A stretch of DNA of 64,000 nucleotides, taken from NCBI RefSeq assembly GCF_009914755.1, contig NC_060936.1; one strand, written 5' to 3'. Position numbers and translations under genes: made by a program. Under the pieces are notes generated by a model. That model did not search any database, was not told the origin of the DNA, and saw nothing but the letters and a program-made list of their open reading frames with translations. Shown piece after piece: positions 1 through 14,169 of the stretch (its first letter is position 1; each line of letters opens with the position of its first letter). Source of the DNA: the human T2T-CHM13v2.0 reference genome, Homo sapiens.

Positions 1-1624
1 ATCTGACCCAGGAGCAGCAAAGAGCAGGTCCTGACAATTCCCTGATTAACCGGCATGCAGCTAGACAGGGCAGGTCTCCATGGAGAAATACACGTGGCTT
101 ATTTAATTAATCCTGAAAAGTAAGTTCCCCTGGCCTTGCCCCAAATCGGAGTCCCCCTTTTAACGATGAGAATAGATCATTGAATCAGATTTCATGAAGT
201 CTGCTCAGATTTTTCTTATTGAATTCCATGAAGGTGTTACTTTCAGGACTCTGCCCCGGCGCCCATGGTTCAGGGACATCCTACATGCACTGGTTCCTGC
301 TGCGGCACAGAAGGGCCCAGGGATGCCGTCTATGGGATTTCTGCTCTGAGACAGGCTGCCCCATCCACCTGTGCCCTCCGTGTGCCCCCACCCACCCCTG
401 CTCCTCCCCTGCCCTCTCCATTAATCAGCGTGAACTGAGGACTCCACTCTTAATATTTAGCCAAATCAGGCATTTAAAAATGTCATTCTCCTGGGAGGAG
501 ATCATTATTAAAAAGGGAATTAATTTATTCTAAAGCCAAATATAAATCCTCCGTCATCCATGGACTGCTCTTAGATTACTCATCTCCTGGTATCTTTTCC
601 ACCGGGACGAGTGAATGAGCGAACCTAAGTGTGGGTGCACAGAGTGTCACCATATTCTGGAACTCGAGTTGTGTTTGGGTCTGTTTTTCTCTGCTTTTCT
701 GATTGACTTTTCCTTGCTCTCGGCTGTGCCAGGCAGAGCTAATGTCCATGCATTTCACAAACACGGGAAAATTCAGAAGCTGTTCTTGCTAGGAGATGTG
801 CCCGGAGAGGAAGATGCCAGCCAGGAAACAAAGCCAAGTGTTAAAGCCTCCTATTTGTCTAACTGCATAAGTAATGCACATTCATTACTCATAAAGGCAG
901 GAAGGGGAGGGGGTCAGGAAATAATGACAGGCAAAGAAAGTAAACCCTATAAATTTGTATTATCAGGGACAAATCACTGTGAACAATTAGGATTGAATTG
1001 AATTTTTACCATCTTTTACAGTCTCACTTCTAAAAAGGCACACATAGAATGTAATAGGCGTAACCTTGTTTATACCTAGATGGGACCACTTTATAAACAA
1101 TATTTTGTCATCTACCAATTTCACTAGATTGCAGACACCATTGCTTCTAATTAACGCAGATCTGTGAGACCCGCTGATTTCTGCAGAGCACTCGTCTGCC
1201 TCCATCCTAAAGTTGAGACAGTTCCCTGTGTTCAGTTCTTAGGTTTTCCCAGTGTTTTTGCTATCTTGCACTGGGATGTAAGCAGTGTCCCTGGATGGCT
1301 CATGAACCCTCAGCACAGTCCCTGGCAGTGGAGTGGGCACTGTGCCTGATGACACTATGACCATCCTCCCCAGGTGGCCCCTGTTTCCATCACAGGGCTG
1401 AGAGGGGCTCTGGAAAGTTCCCTGGACCCCCTTCTCTGCCCACGAGCTTCTCTGCCACATCTGGTTAGATCTAAGAGGGAAATGGGACAGGAGCCCTAGA
1501 GGGGCTTTCAGGCTGCAGGACAAGGCCCTGTTGTCCCAAATGTCCACCCCTGGCAACTGTCAGCTCTCCTCCCAGCCAGGGGGCAGCCCCAGGGAAGAGC
1601 CCAGGCAATGTCCTCTCCTTGGGC

Positions 1625-3039
1625 TTTATTATTAACTGAAGAAAAAGGGGTGGCCTTTAAAGACTTTTTAAGATGAGGAAAAAATAAGTCAGAAGGAGCC
1701 AAATCAGGACTGAAAGGTGGACGCCTGATGATTTCCCAGGGATGCTCTCAAGATTGCCCTGGTTTGGCCAGGCGTGGTAGCTCACGCTTGTAATCCCAGC
1801 ACTTTGGGAGGCTGAGGTGGGTGGATCACGAGGTCAGGAGTTTGAGACCAGCCTGACCAACATGGTGAAACCTCATCTCTACTAAAAATACAAAAATTAA
1901 CCAGGCATGGTGGTGGGTGCCTGTAATCCCAGCTACTCAGGAGGCTGAGGCAGGAGAATCACTTGAACCTGGGAGGCAAGGTTGTTTGCAGTAAGCCAAG
2001 ATCGCACCATTGCACTCTAGCCTGGGTGACAAAGCAAAGCTCCATCTCAACAACAACAACAAAAAAAGACTGCCCTGGTTTGATGGTAAGAAATAGCAGA
2101 AGCATTGTTGTGGTGGAGAAGGACTCTCTGGTGAAGCTTTCCTAGGCAACTTTCTGCTAAAGCTTTGGCTAACTTTCTCAAAACACTCTCATAATAAGCA
2201 GCTGTTATTGTTCTTTGGCCCTCCAGAAAGTCAACAGACAAAATGCCTTGAACATTCCCCAAAATTGTTGCCATGACCTTTGCTCTTGGGTGGCCACGTT
2301 TGCTGTGACTGCAGCACTTCCACCTCTTGGTAGCCATTGCTTTGATTGTGTCTCCAGAATGGTACTAGCAAAGCCATGTTTCATCTCCTGTTACAATTCT
2401 TCAAAGCAATGCTTCAAGATCTTCATCCCCCTCTTGCTTAAAATTTCCATTGAAAGCTCTGCCCTGGTTGGCAACTGATCTGGGTGCAAGTTTGGGCACT
2501 CATTACGTAGAAAATTTGCTCAACTTTAATTTTTTGGCCAGGATTGGGAAAGCTGAACCAATTGAGGTGTCTATGGTGTTGGCTATTGTTTGTGCTGCTA
2601 AGCACCAGTCCTCTTCAACTAGGGCATAAGCAAGATTAATTTTTTCCTCTCAAATTGATGTGGTCTGCTGCTGCAGGCTTCATGTTCAACATCATCCTGT
2701 TCCTTCTTAAAATGGCGTAACCATTTGTAAATGGCTGCTTTCTGTGGGGCATTATCCACCTAAACTGTTTAGAAAGCATCAATGACTTCACCATTCCTCT
2801 ACCTAACCTTCACCATAAATTTGGTGTTTGTTTTTGCTTCAGTTTTGCATAATTCACGTTGCTCTGATGACCCTTTCCAAACTGATGTCTTATCTTTCTT
2901 AGTGTCTCAAACTAAACTGTATAAAACTCAGACATTTTATAACAAGTTAGTATGAGTTTATTTTGGTGCAAAAGATTTGAAATCCATGCATAGTTTTATT
3001 CATAAGATTCATTTTCCATAAACTTTTGAAAACACCTCA
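1625..3039 (-). mobile_element. HSMAR2 mariner DNA transposon, 3'-truncated, interrupted by an Alu
   Basis: Minus-strand ORFs 2047-2337 (RAKVMATILGNVQGILSVDFLEGQRTITAAYYESVLRKLAKALAE..GKLHQRVLLHHNNA) and 1508-1702 (APSDLFFPHLKKSLK) match mariner transposase motifs. A TIR-like end CATTTTCCATAAACTTTTGAAAACACCTCA lies at 3010-3039, followed by TA. Confidence 0.92.
1766..2065 (+). mobile_element. AluS (Sg-like), full length, inserted in HSMAR2
   Basis: GGCCAGGCGTGG start, dimeric body and (CAA)n/A tail. 16-bp TSD AAGA(T/C)TGCCCTGGTTT at 1750-1765 and 2066-2081. Confidence 0.95.
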
Positions 3040-3045
3040 TAAAAA

Positions 3046-5770
3046 TAGCTGACTCTTGAACAACACAGGTTTAAACTGGTGGGGGTGCCACTTATATGTG
3101 GATTTTTTTCAGTAAATTTGTTGGAAAAATGTTTGAAGATTTGCAACAATTTGAAAAACTCGCAGCTGAAACACATAACCTAGAAATATTGGAAAAAAAT
3201 TAAAGTTAGGCATACCATGAATACATAAAATAAATGTAGATACTAGCCTATCTTATCATTTACTACCACAATGTTAGACAAATTATTATAAAAGTTAAAA
3301 TTTATCAAAATTACACATATAAACACAGACTTTACATGGCATCATTCACAGTCAAGAGAAATGTAAACAAACATAAAGATGCATAAAACTCACTGTAGTA
3401 CGTCACATACCACTGTCATAATTTCATGGCCACCTCCTGTTGCTACTACGGTGAGCTCAAGTGTTCTGAGTATTTGCTGGAAATGCAGTGTGATGCTAAT
3501 CACCTCCCCATGCACAGCTCATCGCTCCAGTAAATTACATATTGCAGTAAAAAGTGATCTCTTGTGGTTCTCATGTATTTTTTTAATCATATTTACTGCA
3601 ATACCATAAACCTTGAGTAACACCATGAGACCTACGAGAAGTGCCACTAGTGATGCTGGAAGTGCTCCAAGAAGCAGAGAAAAGTCATGACATTACAATA
3701 CAAAGTTGAATTGCCTGATATGTACTCTAGGTCAAGGTCTGCAGCTGAGATTGCTTGCCAATTCAAGATAAATGAATTTAGCGTAAGGACCATTACAAAA
3801 AAAAGAAAGAAAGAAAGAAAAGGAAATCCATGAAGCCGTTGCTGCAGCTATACCAGCAAGCACAAACACCTCACACTTTTTGTAGCATACGTTTGAATTT
3901 CATATTGAAAATGCAGCTTTTGTGTGGGTGCAGAATTACTACGAGAAAGGCATACTATAGACTTTAATGATTTGAGAAAAACTGAAGTCATTATCTGACA
4001 ACTTAAAGCAAAAGGAAGGTGAAGAAGCTAAAGCTGGAGAGTTTAATGCCAGCCAAAGATGGTTTGATAATTTTAGAAAGAGAGAGGTTTGGCTTTCAAA
4101 AAATGTCAGGATAACAGGAGAAGCAGCTTCTGCTTACCAAGAAGTAGGAGACAAGTTACTAGACACCATTAAGAAAATCAATGAGCATAAAGGCTATCTG
4201 CCTGAACAGATTTTTAATGCTGATGAAAGTGCTCTATTTTGGGAGGAAAATGCCACAAATGACATTTATTAGTAAGAAAGAGAAGTGAGCACCAGCACTG
4301 AAGGCAGGCAGGGAGAGGCCAACTCTACTGTTTTGTGCAAATGCAGTTGGGTTTATGGTCAGGACTGCCCTTATCTATAAAGCTGCTAACCCCCAAGGCT
4401 TGAAGAGAAAAGATAAACACCAGCCGCCAGTCTCTTGTACAACATGGAGGTCTGGACAGTGAGCACCCTTTTCCTGGATTGATTTCATGGATGCTTTGTC
4501 CCTGATGTAAGGAAGTACCTTGCCAGTAAGGGACTGCCTTTTAAAATCTGTTTGATTTTGGATAATGTCCCTGGCCACCCAGAACGCCTTGGGTTCAACA
4601 CCAAAGGCATCAAAGCGGTCTTGTCCCCAAATACAATACAATGTCTTTAATACAATACAAGACAAGACAAATACAATGTCTCTAATTCAGCCTCTAGATC
4701 AGGAGTCATAAGGACTTTTAAGGCCCATTAAGCACAGTACTGTATGGCCAGGATTGTCAACGTTATGGAACAGAATTCCAGTAGCAAGAATGTCATGTAA
4801 GTCTGGAAGGACTACACCGTGGAAGATGCCATCGGTAGAAAAAGCTGTGAAAGCCATCGAGTCTGAAACTATGAATTCCTGCTGGAAAAAAAAAAACTAT
4901 GTCTGGATGTTGTACATGACTTCACAGGGTTTACAACAGAGCCAATCAAAAAAATCATGAAAGTGATTGTGCATCTGGCAAAAATAATGATGGGGGGTTG
5001 AAGAATTTCAAGATATGGATCTTGGAGAAATCCAAGAGCTAACAGACACCACACCAGAGGAATTCACAGAAGACAATAACCAGAAGACGACTTGATGGAG
5101 GTGAGTGCTTCTGAACCAGCGCCGGATGATGAGGAAGAAAACAAAGAAGAAGCCATACCAGAAAACACATTGACTTCAGACAATCTGCCAGGAGAGTTCC
5201 AGTATTCCATCTTGCTTTTCACTTCCTTACTGACACGGACCCTTCTATGACGCAGGCACTGAATCTAAAGCAAACGGTGGCAATAGGATTCACATAAAAA
5301 TATTTTTAGAAAAATGAAAAAGCAAACAGGTCAGACAAAATTTCCCGGAAATTGCACTGAGTGTGCCTGCCTCTCTTGCCTTCCCTCCTTCCACCTCCTC
5401 CACCTCTCACATCTCTGCCACCCCTGAGACAGCACAACCAACCCCTCCCTTTCCTCCTCCTCTCAGCCTACTCAACACGAAGACAATGAGGGTGAAGATC
5501 TTTACAATGATGTGCTTCCACTAGTGAATAGCAAATAAATTTTCTCTTATGATTTTAAATAACATTCTCTGTATGCTAGTTTACTTTATTGTAAGAATAC
5601 AGTATATAATTTACAAAATATATGTAAATCTACTGTGTTATCAGTAATGCTTCTGGTCAACAGTAGGCTATTAATAGTTAAGTTTTGAGAGAGTCGAAAA
5701 TTATACATGGATTTTTCAACTGTGCGGGAGGTTAGCACTCCCAATTCCTGTGTGGTTCAAGGGTGAACTG
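3046..5770 (+). mobile_element. Tigger2 (pogo-family) DNA transposon, essentially full length (~2.7 kb), with decayed transposase
   Basis: TIRs TAGCTGACTCTTGAAC.. and ..GTTCAAGGGTGAACTG, followed by TA. Transposase remnant begins ~3624 (..SATSDAGSAP, then frameshifted KQRKVMTLQ..) with many stops and frameshifts. Confidence 0.9.
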
Positions 5771-5771
5771 T

Positions 5772-5806
5772 ATACGCGCACACACACACACGCACGCACA
5801 CACACG
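5772..5806. repeat. (CA/CG)n microsatellite
   Basis: ATACGCGCACACACACACACGCACGCACACACACG directly after the Tigger2 TIR. Confidence 0.9.
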
Positions 5807-6115
5807 ATTCTCTCCTTGGATTTTTTTCTGCAAAACTCCTACTCATGCCCTGTCTAACACATTACTTTGATCTTGTCTAAGTTTCTTTAGAATTTAATAA
5901 ATTATACTTTTACATCAGTCATAATATTGGCTCAAGGTATGAAATGGATCCAATTATAGGAAAAGAAGGAAATGTGCCTTCTGGCAGCTGAGTTTATGGT
6001 CTTTACAACCCTGCATCCTGCTTAGCTGTGGTTTCTATTCACCAAGCCTCAGCCTGTCCTTTGCTCATCCCCAGCCCAAATGCACTTCATTCATGGAGAC
6101 TTTGTCCATCCAAAC

Positions 6116-6332
6116 CAGGGCTGTCCAACCTTTTGGCTTCCCTGGGCCACACTGGAAGAAGAAGAATTGTCTCGGGCCACACATAAAATACACTAACAAT
6201 AGCTAATGAGCTTTAAAAAATTGCAAAAAAAATCTCATAATGTTTTAAGAAATTTTACATATTTATGTTGGGCTGTATTCAAAGGTGTCCTGGGCCACAT
6301 GTGGCCCACATGCCGCGGGTTGGAGGAGGCTG
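6116..6332 (+). mobile_element. MER30 (hAT-Charlie non-autonomous element)
   Basis: CAGGGCTGTCCAACCTTTTGGCTTCCCTGGGCCACA..GGTTGGAGGAGGCTG. 8-bp TSD ATC(C/T)AAAC at 6108-6115 and 6333-6340. Confidence 0.9.
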
Positions 6333-7771
6333 ATCTAAACCTAGAGCAGGGCCCTCGTCCCCAAAGTGCATGTTCCCGGGTTGTATTTACGAGGATGATT
6401 CTGCCTCAGGACAAGTGAAACAAGGCCTAGGTGTGCTGGCCACTCAGCCCATTCATTTTGGGAAGGGACTTGTTCAATCAGCTTTTGGAATCCTCAATGT
6501 CTCCCTCAGACCTGGCAACTGAGCCAGGCCGGCTCTAGCCCCTGAGCTCGAGTGGTGACAGAGGGGCTCCTGGTCCACATCCCACGTCATCCCAGCAGTT
6601 CAGGGGATGCTGGAAGAGGGAAGGACACAGGACTGAAGGGGCTGTACCCGCTGCTCAGCCACAGGTGTATTCTCCCCTCTGCAAGAGGACAGGGCTGCCT
6701 TTTCCTGTTGGACAGAGAGAGTCCAGCTCTGAGAACCCTGGGGCTGCCTTTCCAGAGGGAGTGGGAAGGCAGCCACCAATTCCCCCAACCACCTGCCCAC
6801 AGGCCCACGGCTCCATCCCACCCCCACCTCCACTCCAGGAAGAGCCAGTCACCCTCCCATGCCTGCCCTCTGGCCTCACCTCTTCCTCTGCCCAACACCA
6901 TTTTTCTCGTCTTGGGGAAAGTCTGCCCTCACCTTGTATGTTGGGCCAGGGTTAGCTGTGTTGGCACAGAAACATCCAAAACTCAAGAATCTCATGAGGA
7001 AAACACTTGTTTCTCTCTCACAGGAATGTGGAGTGGTAATTCCAGTCGGCAGGAAGACTCTGCTCCATGCGGTCATTCAGGGGCCCAGGCTGATGGCTGC
7101 TAAGCTACCATCAACATGCGGTTTCTAGGGTCACCTGGGCATCACCACCTCAGTCAACAGGAGGATGGGAGGGGCATGTCAGGTGCCTCCACAGGAGGTT
7201 TAGGGCCCAGCCCTGAACATGCATAATTTCTTGCCCAGCACTGACAGCCCCTCTGCAGGTAGGACTGAGCTGAGACCCTCCAAAGTCATAGTGCCATGGA
7301 TGATAAGGGAGGGCAGGCTCCAGAGCTGCTGTACAAGCCCAAGCCCAGGTGTCTTCTGACCAGTTGTTAAAGTTACAGAGCCCTCGTCATGATCCTGGGG
7401 TGGAAAGTGATGTTCCTCCACTCTCCATTTGTGGGTGTTGTGCAGTGACTTGGTTCACAGGCACTGTTAATGGGGAGTGGGCAGCACAGAGATTGGGGCA
7501 GACGGAGATGGGAGCAGGGTCTGCCCGGTTCACTTCCAGCACAAATCACTCCTTTGCCAAGAGTAAGTGTTAAATCCTGACAACAAACTCTCCTGGAGAC
7601 TCATCCCTCAGATTAAAGGCATGGACAAGTTTTGCAGTTAAAAAAAAAAGTAATGCATTCACTTTGCTAATGCACTGCTTGCAAAAAATGAAAAATATAA
7701 AAACATAGAATACTGTTTTTGTGCAACGTCTTAATAGTCTGTAGAATTAGTGTTTGCAGGAGACACTGTGA

Positions 7772-8370
<599 letters not shown>

Positions 8371-10559
8371 TCTCCAGTAACAAATGGCCCTGAAATCCCA
8401 GCAGCAGCACAAAACCTCAGTTCTCACTCACACTCCATGAGCACAGGGCTGGGGCTCGGCTGGGCTCCACAGAGTCACTCAGGGCCCTGATGACCAAGGC
8501 TCCGCTCCTCATGCCCACACTCAAGAGAGCATGTGGCCCCTTAGTCAGGGCAGCAGGAAATGTGCAGCTGGAGGGGCCCAGGGGGCTTTTCTCCACCTCA
8601 GCCAGGTGTCACCAGGTCCCTCTTGCCCTAAGTCCATTGGCCAGGACTAGTCACAAGACTCTGCCCATCAGCAGGGGGGGCGGGACGTATGTGGACAGAG
8701 GGAAGGTCAGGAGGGCGCCACACCTCCACTCATCCTCCTGCTTAGACCACACAGAGGGGTCTTAGAGGGCCTTTAATTTATGATCCTGTTTCTGAGATGA
8801 ACACGAAGACCTCTTGGACACCAGAGCCCAGAGGACAGAGTGTGTTTGAGCAGCCTTGTGATCGAGATTGTTTCCCACCCAGGGGGCAAACGCACCCAGG
8901 AAAGCCCCCATCGAATCCACTGAAAATGGAGAACCCACACCCCAGGGGAAGCTCAGAGCCTGCTCCATGGCTGGCGGCCAAATGCACACGGAGCCTCTGC
9001 TCAGTGTTACAAGGAAGGTTTTCACTGCACAGAAAACTCTCTTCTCTGGACTTGAGAAACAACCAAAGCAATGGCTCGTGGTGGATCCTAGCACCGTGAG
9101 GCCCAGGAGAGGGGAAGCTTCCAAAACCAGGGAGCAGGGGAGCGGCTGGAGGCGCTCGCATCCGCACCTGCTGCACAGCAAAGTGCCGCACATCTCAGGG
9201 GCGGAACGCGGGGCTTCCTTCCCAGGTGACTGCAGTTTGGCCGCGGTGGCTCAGATCTCAGTGGGGCTGGCTCAGGGGTCTGAGGGTCCAACGGGTGTCA
9301 GCTCACCTTGCGCCACTCAGATGAACAGTGCAGCAGCGGCAGTGTGGCTGGCTCTGCTCCCGCACCGCGCGTCCTCCCTGGTCCCACAGGCAGCCAGGCA
9401 TGTCCCCCTGTGCTGATGGCAGAGGCACAGGGAGTGAGCCTCAGTGAGGAGCTCCCTGGAGCCCGGGCAGCGCCTGTCCACTGACGTTTCACTGGACAAC
9501 GCAGGTGACATGGCTTTGATTGGAGCAGGATATTCCACACCTGGAGAATGGGGCCAGGAAGAGAAAGAATATTTCAGGAAAATCATCTCATCTCCCCCAG
9601 AACACAGTAGGGTGTGGGCCTGGGGCTGCCAGGGCCATGGGCCGCCCCTCCCAGCACTCACAGCCGCACGCTTGCGTGTGTCCTCGGCTGGACCTGGAAG
9701 GCTCCACCCCCACGGCCCCAGCAGGGAGCATACCCAATGATGCCTGTGCTACTGGATCCGCCACTGCCAAGGCCTCCCAGGGCAACAACAGCACGCACCC
9801 AGCATTTGTGCCCATCCCTTGCCCCACGCTGCAGGGCCTGCCTCCTGGGGACCTCTGAGCCTCTGAGCCCTGTGCTGCTCACGATGCTGAGAACGCTCCT
9901 GATCAGGAACGGACCCTACCCGCACGCCCAGGGCCTCACGAGCTCAATCAGGCCATCCCTCGACAACAGCTTCCAGGTGTGCCCTGCCTTCTGAACATAA
10001 AAGCTGATGAAAATCCCATCGCCCATTGGGAGTAAACGCCATGTGCATGGCTCCTCAGGAGGAGTCTGTAGGGAGAAAATCTTTCTTCCTTAATCTTCTG
10101 ATAAGAGACCTATTTTCCCTACTGCAGTCGTGAGACACCCATAAGCAGTGATGCGGTGTTCCTGATGAGTTGTGAATTATCTCCTAAGTGTCTAAAAAGC
10201 GCCTCAGCCCACAGCAGCCTGCTGCCTTCAGAGGATGCACTAGATAACGGTCTCCCCAGCTGCTGGCGGGAGTCCTGTTCCGGTGTGGTGAGGAGCCAGG
10301 GACGTGGACACGGGAAGCCTGAGGGATTCTGCACCGTCCCCATCCCTTTCTGCTGGCCAGAGCCACTCCCAGGCTCAAGCCCAAAGCCAAGGGCAGAGGG
10401 TGGGGGCTCCACAGGGAGGGGTGAAGCCCTGTAGCCATGAGCTGGGTCTATCGCAGCCCCCACAGAGGGCTATTTACAGGTGGTGGTGAGAGAGGAGCTG
10501 AGATGTCCCTGAGGGGCGCCTGGGGAGGAACAGGCCCTACAAGGTGACTCCAGGTCAAC

Positions 10560-11290
10560 CTCTTAGGAGGACACCATCTCCCGGGATCCCGGAGGGAGCC
10601 ACACGTTTCTGAACAGGGCCAGATGGAAAGTAGGAAATATGAGGGGTAGATGAGACTAGAACTGTTTTCAAAGATACAGAAAAAGGAGGGATTAACTCCA
10701 GGGACCCTCTCCCTACTAGAATTCCTGAAGGAAATGCATAAAGAAGACAATTTACTGAGAAGCAGTTTGAAATACAGTAAGTTACAGTGAGAAAAGAAAA
10801 TGATGTATATGGTACAATAGTAAATAATTATTAAATAATAATATCGACAGAGGAAATAAAACCAAACCCAGCTAGAAGACTGTATGTTAACAGCCTGTCA
10901 GCCAGAGGGCAATAGTTGAAATTAATAATCATAATTCAGAAAGGAGGCAGAGATGGCTATTAATGAAAGTGTAATGAATTAAACGCACTTGTCAAAAGGT
11001 AAGCAACAAGAGATGCAGAATGTCCATCCTAAAAACCAGTAGGGGAAGGAAAACAATGAAAAAAAATTCTGAAGAAGACAAGTCCATGCTGTGCTATATT
11101 ATCTTAGAAAACACAAACATCTCCGTGTTTCTGTATGTGTTTAACATATCTCTGGAAGGTTCACAGAAGACGGGGTTGCCCACAGGGAACATGGAGATTC
11201 CTGTCTAAGTGGTAGTTGTTAGAGAAAGAGGACATTCATTTAAAATCCCAGCATATTCTTCCTGGTGAAAATTAATTTTAAAACCCATCA
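10560..11290 (+). mobile_element. Ancient L1M(E)-type fragments
   Basis: A-rich, strand-skewed block with degenerate L1-like text. Confidence 0.45.
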
Positions 11291-14169
11291 TTTAAGAGAT
11301 TGGAAAAGTGTGGCTGTAAACTGGAGGAGAACTAAAGGACATGCCAGGAGAGAATGTGGGCTTAGGGAGGAGTTCCCTTGAGCCGGGAGCTCCTGGGAAC
11401 ATCTAGAGGGGAGGGGACGCAGCCACGACAGAGGCGGAGGAGGAGTCAGGAGAGGAGACAGTGGTGCAGGGGAGGCAGGACGGGGCCAGCGGTGCTGCCA
11501 GGGCCTGCTCCTGCTCTCCCAGAGCTCCTGCTGTGCCCGTGGTCACACTTTTCCATACCTCCCTGGAGCTGTAGACAGGCGAAGGCCCCTGAGTGGTGTA
11601 GCCACGCCAAGACGTGCTTTAGGAAGGAAACTGCCCAAGCATTAAAGGGAAATGAGGTCACGGTGAACTTTGTCCCCTCTGGGCTTGAACAGAGAAGAGC
11701 ATCTGTCCTGGGATGGAGGACGTGGATGGAGCAGGACCACGCAGCGTGGCACCTGCAATGTCAGAGGCACCTGGGCAGGAACACCTGGCACAGCCATGTC
11801 ATCTTGTTTGTGCCTCGGTTCATCCTCCCAGAGCCGGCCCCTCCATCCCCAGGAGCGAACCCCACCCTCCCTATCATAATGGGCTGACCAGGGCCAAATT
11901 GGTTTCATGAAAAGGAGACACCTGCAGGCAGAGCCCAGCGGACACTCGGTTGTCTGAAGTTGCCGCACCTGCTTCATTTTGCTTATTGAGCTACTCCTGA
12001 TGCCCACAGCACTTTCTAACAAGAAATGAGCAGCGAATCCACGGAAACCAATGGGAACGGGATGTGGCAGGCATGATTTACAGTTTAGTTAATTCGAATA
12101 AGCAGAGAATCACACCCACTGAGAGATTCGGAACCACAGCCTCCACGACACACGGCTCCTCTCAGCAGGAGTCCTTCCCAGCAAAGGCTCCCCCAACACA
12201 CCCCGTTCCACATCACGGAGTGCCAGCCCCGGCCCAGCCCGGCTCATCCTCAGGGAGATGGACTCAGCAGGGCTGCCAGAGCCCACACCAGGGCTGCTCC
12301 CTCCCTCACCGTCCACAACCAGGGCCAACTCATCTTCACAGCTCGACCCCATGCTCTGGTCACTTTTCAGCCCAGTGACTGTTTCAAAGGCATCTGGCAC
12401 AAGTCAGGAGAGTGCTGTGGAGTCAGTGGAGGCTCCCAGCCAATGAGAGCACCCCCTTCAGGTGAGCTCCTTCCCCCATGGGGACTGCAGCATGGGGAGA
12501 CCAGCTTCCCCGCATCAGCCCTGCATAAGCTCTGAGCTCTGCTGCTCCATGCCCCGCACGGCTGCTCTAGGGATGAGCATGGTGATATCTGGCTTCCGTG
12601 TCCGGGGAGCCTCTGGTCATCAGCAAAGTGAGGGGTGCACACACAGCCCTGCGGTGAAGACAGGGGTGTGGCTGATAGGACCCCAGGGCATCGGGACTCC
12701 CACCTGTCAGCAGCAGAAGTGGACCTGCTCTGTGCACAAGGGAGCTGCCTTTGACCTGATTTTGGCAGTGATGGCGGTGTCCACAGAGGTCAGGATTTAC
12801 TGATTTAGAAAAGAAATGGCTGGGATTGCAAACCATGAGCTTTGTGGCCCTCCAGACCACAGGTGGCTGCAGACTTGGACTGAGAGGCCCCAGAGGCCAG
12901 GCAGGAGGGCCCCAGTCTGCCCCAGAACACATGAGTCCAGGCCTGGCTGCTGATCTCCTGATGGTTCCCCCAGCACTGTCTACCTCCCAGAAGCCTCGGT
13001 GTCCCCATCTAGATGAGGAGACAGGGGTCTGGACCTCAGAATCAACCAGGAAGGCTCCAGTGGAATGGTGGGAAATGGGAGTGACCCACCCATGCCTTCC
13101 CAGCCAGACTCCCAAGAGCCGCTGTGGATCTGGGACTGAAGTCCCCTGGGCAGGGCAGCTGTGGGCTGGGGCAGGGATGGGGGCTGGCCAGGGGGAAGAG
13201 GCACGTGGTAAGGATAGTGCCCTGGATGGGGGGATCAGGGCCACTTTGGGAACCAGCCGGGGCAACAGAAGTGTGTCCAGGTGATTTGGGCATGAAAAAC
13301 AGGATCTGTGGGAAGAACCGAGGGGTCTGTGCAGGGATTTCATGTTCTGGCCCCACATCCTGCTCTGTGTCCGTGAACCCATGAGCACGGGTCCCTTCCC
13401 CCAGAGTCCACCCGGCCTCAGCAGGAGGGAAGCAGGGGCAGGTAGTGTGGAGGCCTGAGCCACACTGACCACCCCGCACATACGTGCCCTCTCCAGGCAC
13501 CCGAGGAGGGGCAGCTCCCCGCAGACAAGGGCTCCACCTGGAGTGACAGCAGCTCTGCCTGGAGCATCCCTGACTCATCTGAAAAGCCACTGATGGGGCC
13601 CCACTCAGCGAGGAGGCCGACACTTAGCAGGGACAGGACAGGTGGACGGGGCGCCTGTCTGTGTCCCCATTTACGCCAATGGGAGCTCAGGCATGCACGG
13701 CCGCTCCCGGGCTCCTCACCCAGATATAGCCTCAGGACAGCAGGTCTGGGCTTCCCACTGAAGACCCCAAGGGGCAGCGAGCTGGTATAAGAGATAAGGG
13801 GAACATACATTTAACTCTTGGCTTTTTACAGTAGCTATTTGCCAAAATTAAAGGAAAAAAAGAATTTTCCTGGGACAGCCAAGGGTGAAACATCCAAGTG
13901 GGTTTAAAATCCTCAACATTCCAAGCTGAGAGGCCACGAGGTTCACCCAGGTTCACAGCAGAGCCCAGTAGAGCCACATCCTTCCCAACAGGAAATGCCT
14001 GTCCCTGTGAGATCAACTGCAAGATGCCCATAACCACGAGAGAGCGTTTTGCTTCCTTCTCTGCGCGAATCGGCTGCTCCTTCCATCTCACCAGCAACAA
14101 GGTAACAGCAACACCTGAGTGAGTGCCCATGGGTCCCGGGGCTAAGCTGACTCCCCAGCATGTCCCAGG

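Noticed and set aside
3624-5330. Domesticated TIGD-like transposase gene
   Set aside because: Multiple stops, frameshifts and a (GAAA)n expansion break the frame.
10068-10122. Pre-miRNA-like hairpin GTAGGGAGAA..TTTTCCCTAC
   Set aside because: The stem is short and interrupted and does not extend. Compatible with chance.
12567-13481. 304-aa minus-strand ORF and overlapping 150-190-aa ORFs
   Set aside because: GTG start, P/S/G/W-rich composition expected by chance in GC-rich DNA, and no recognisable homology.
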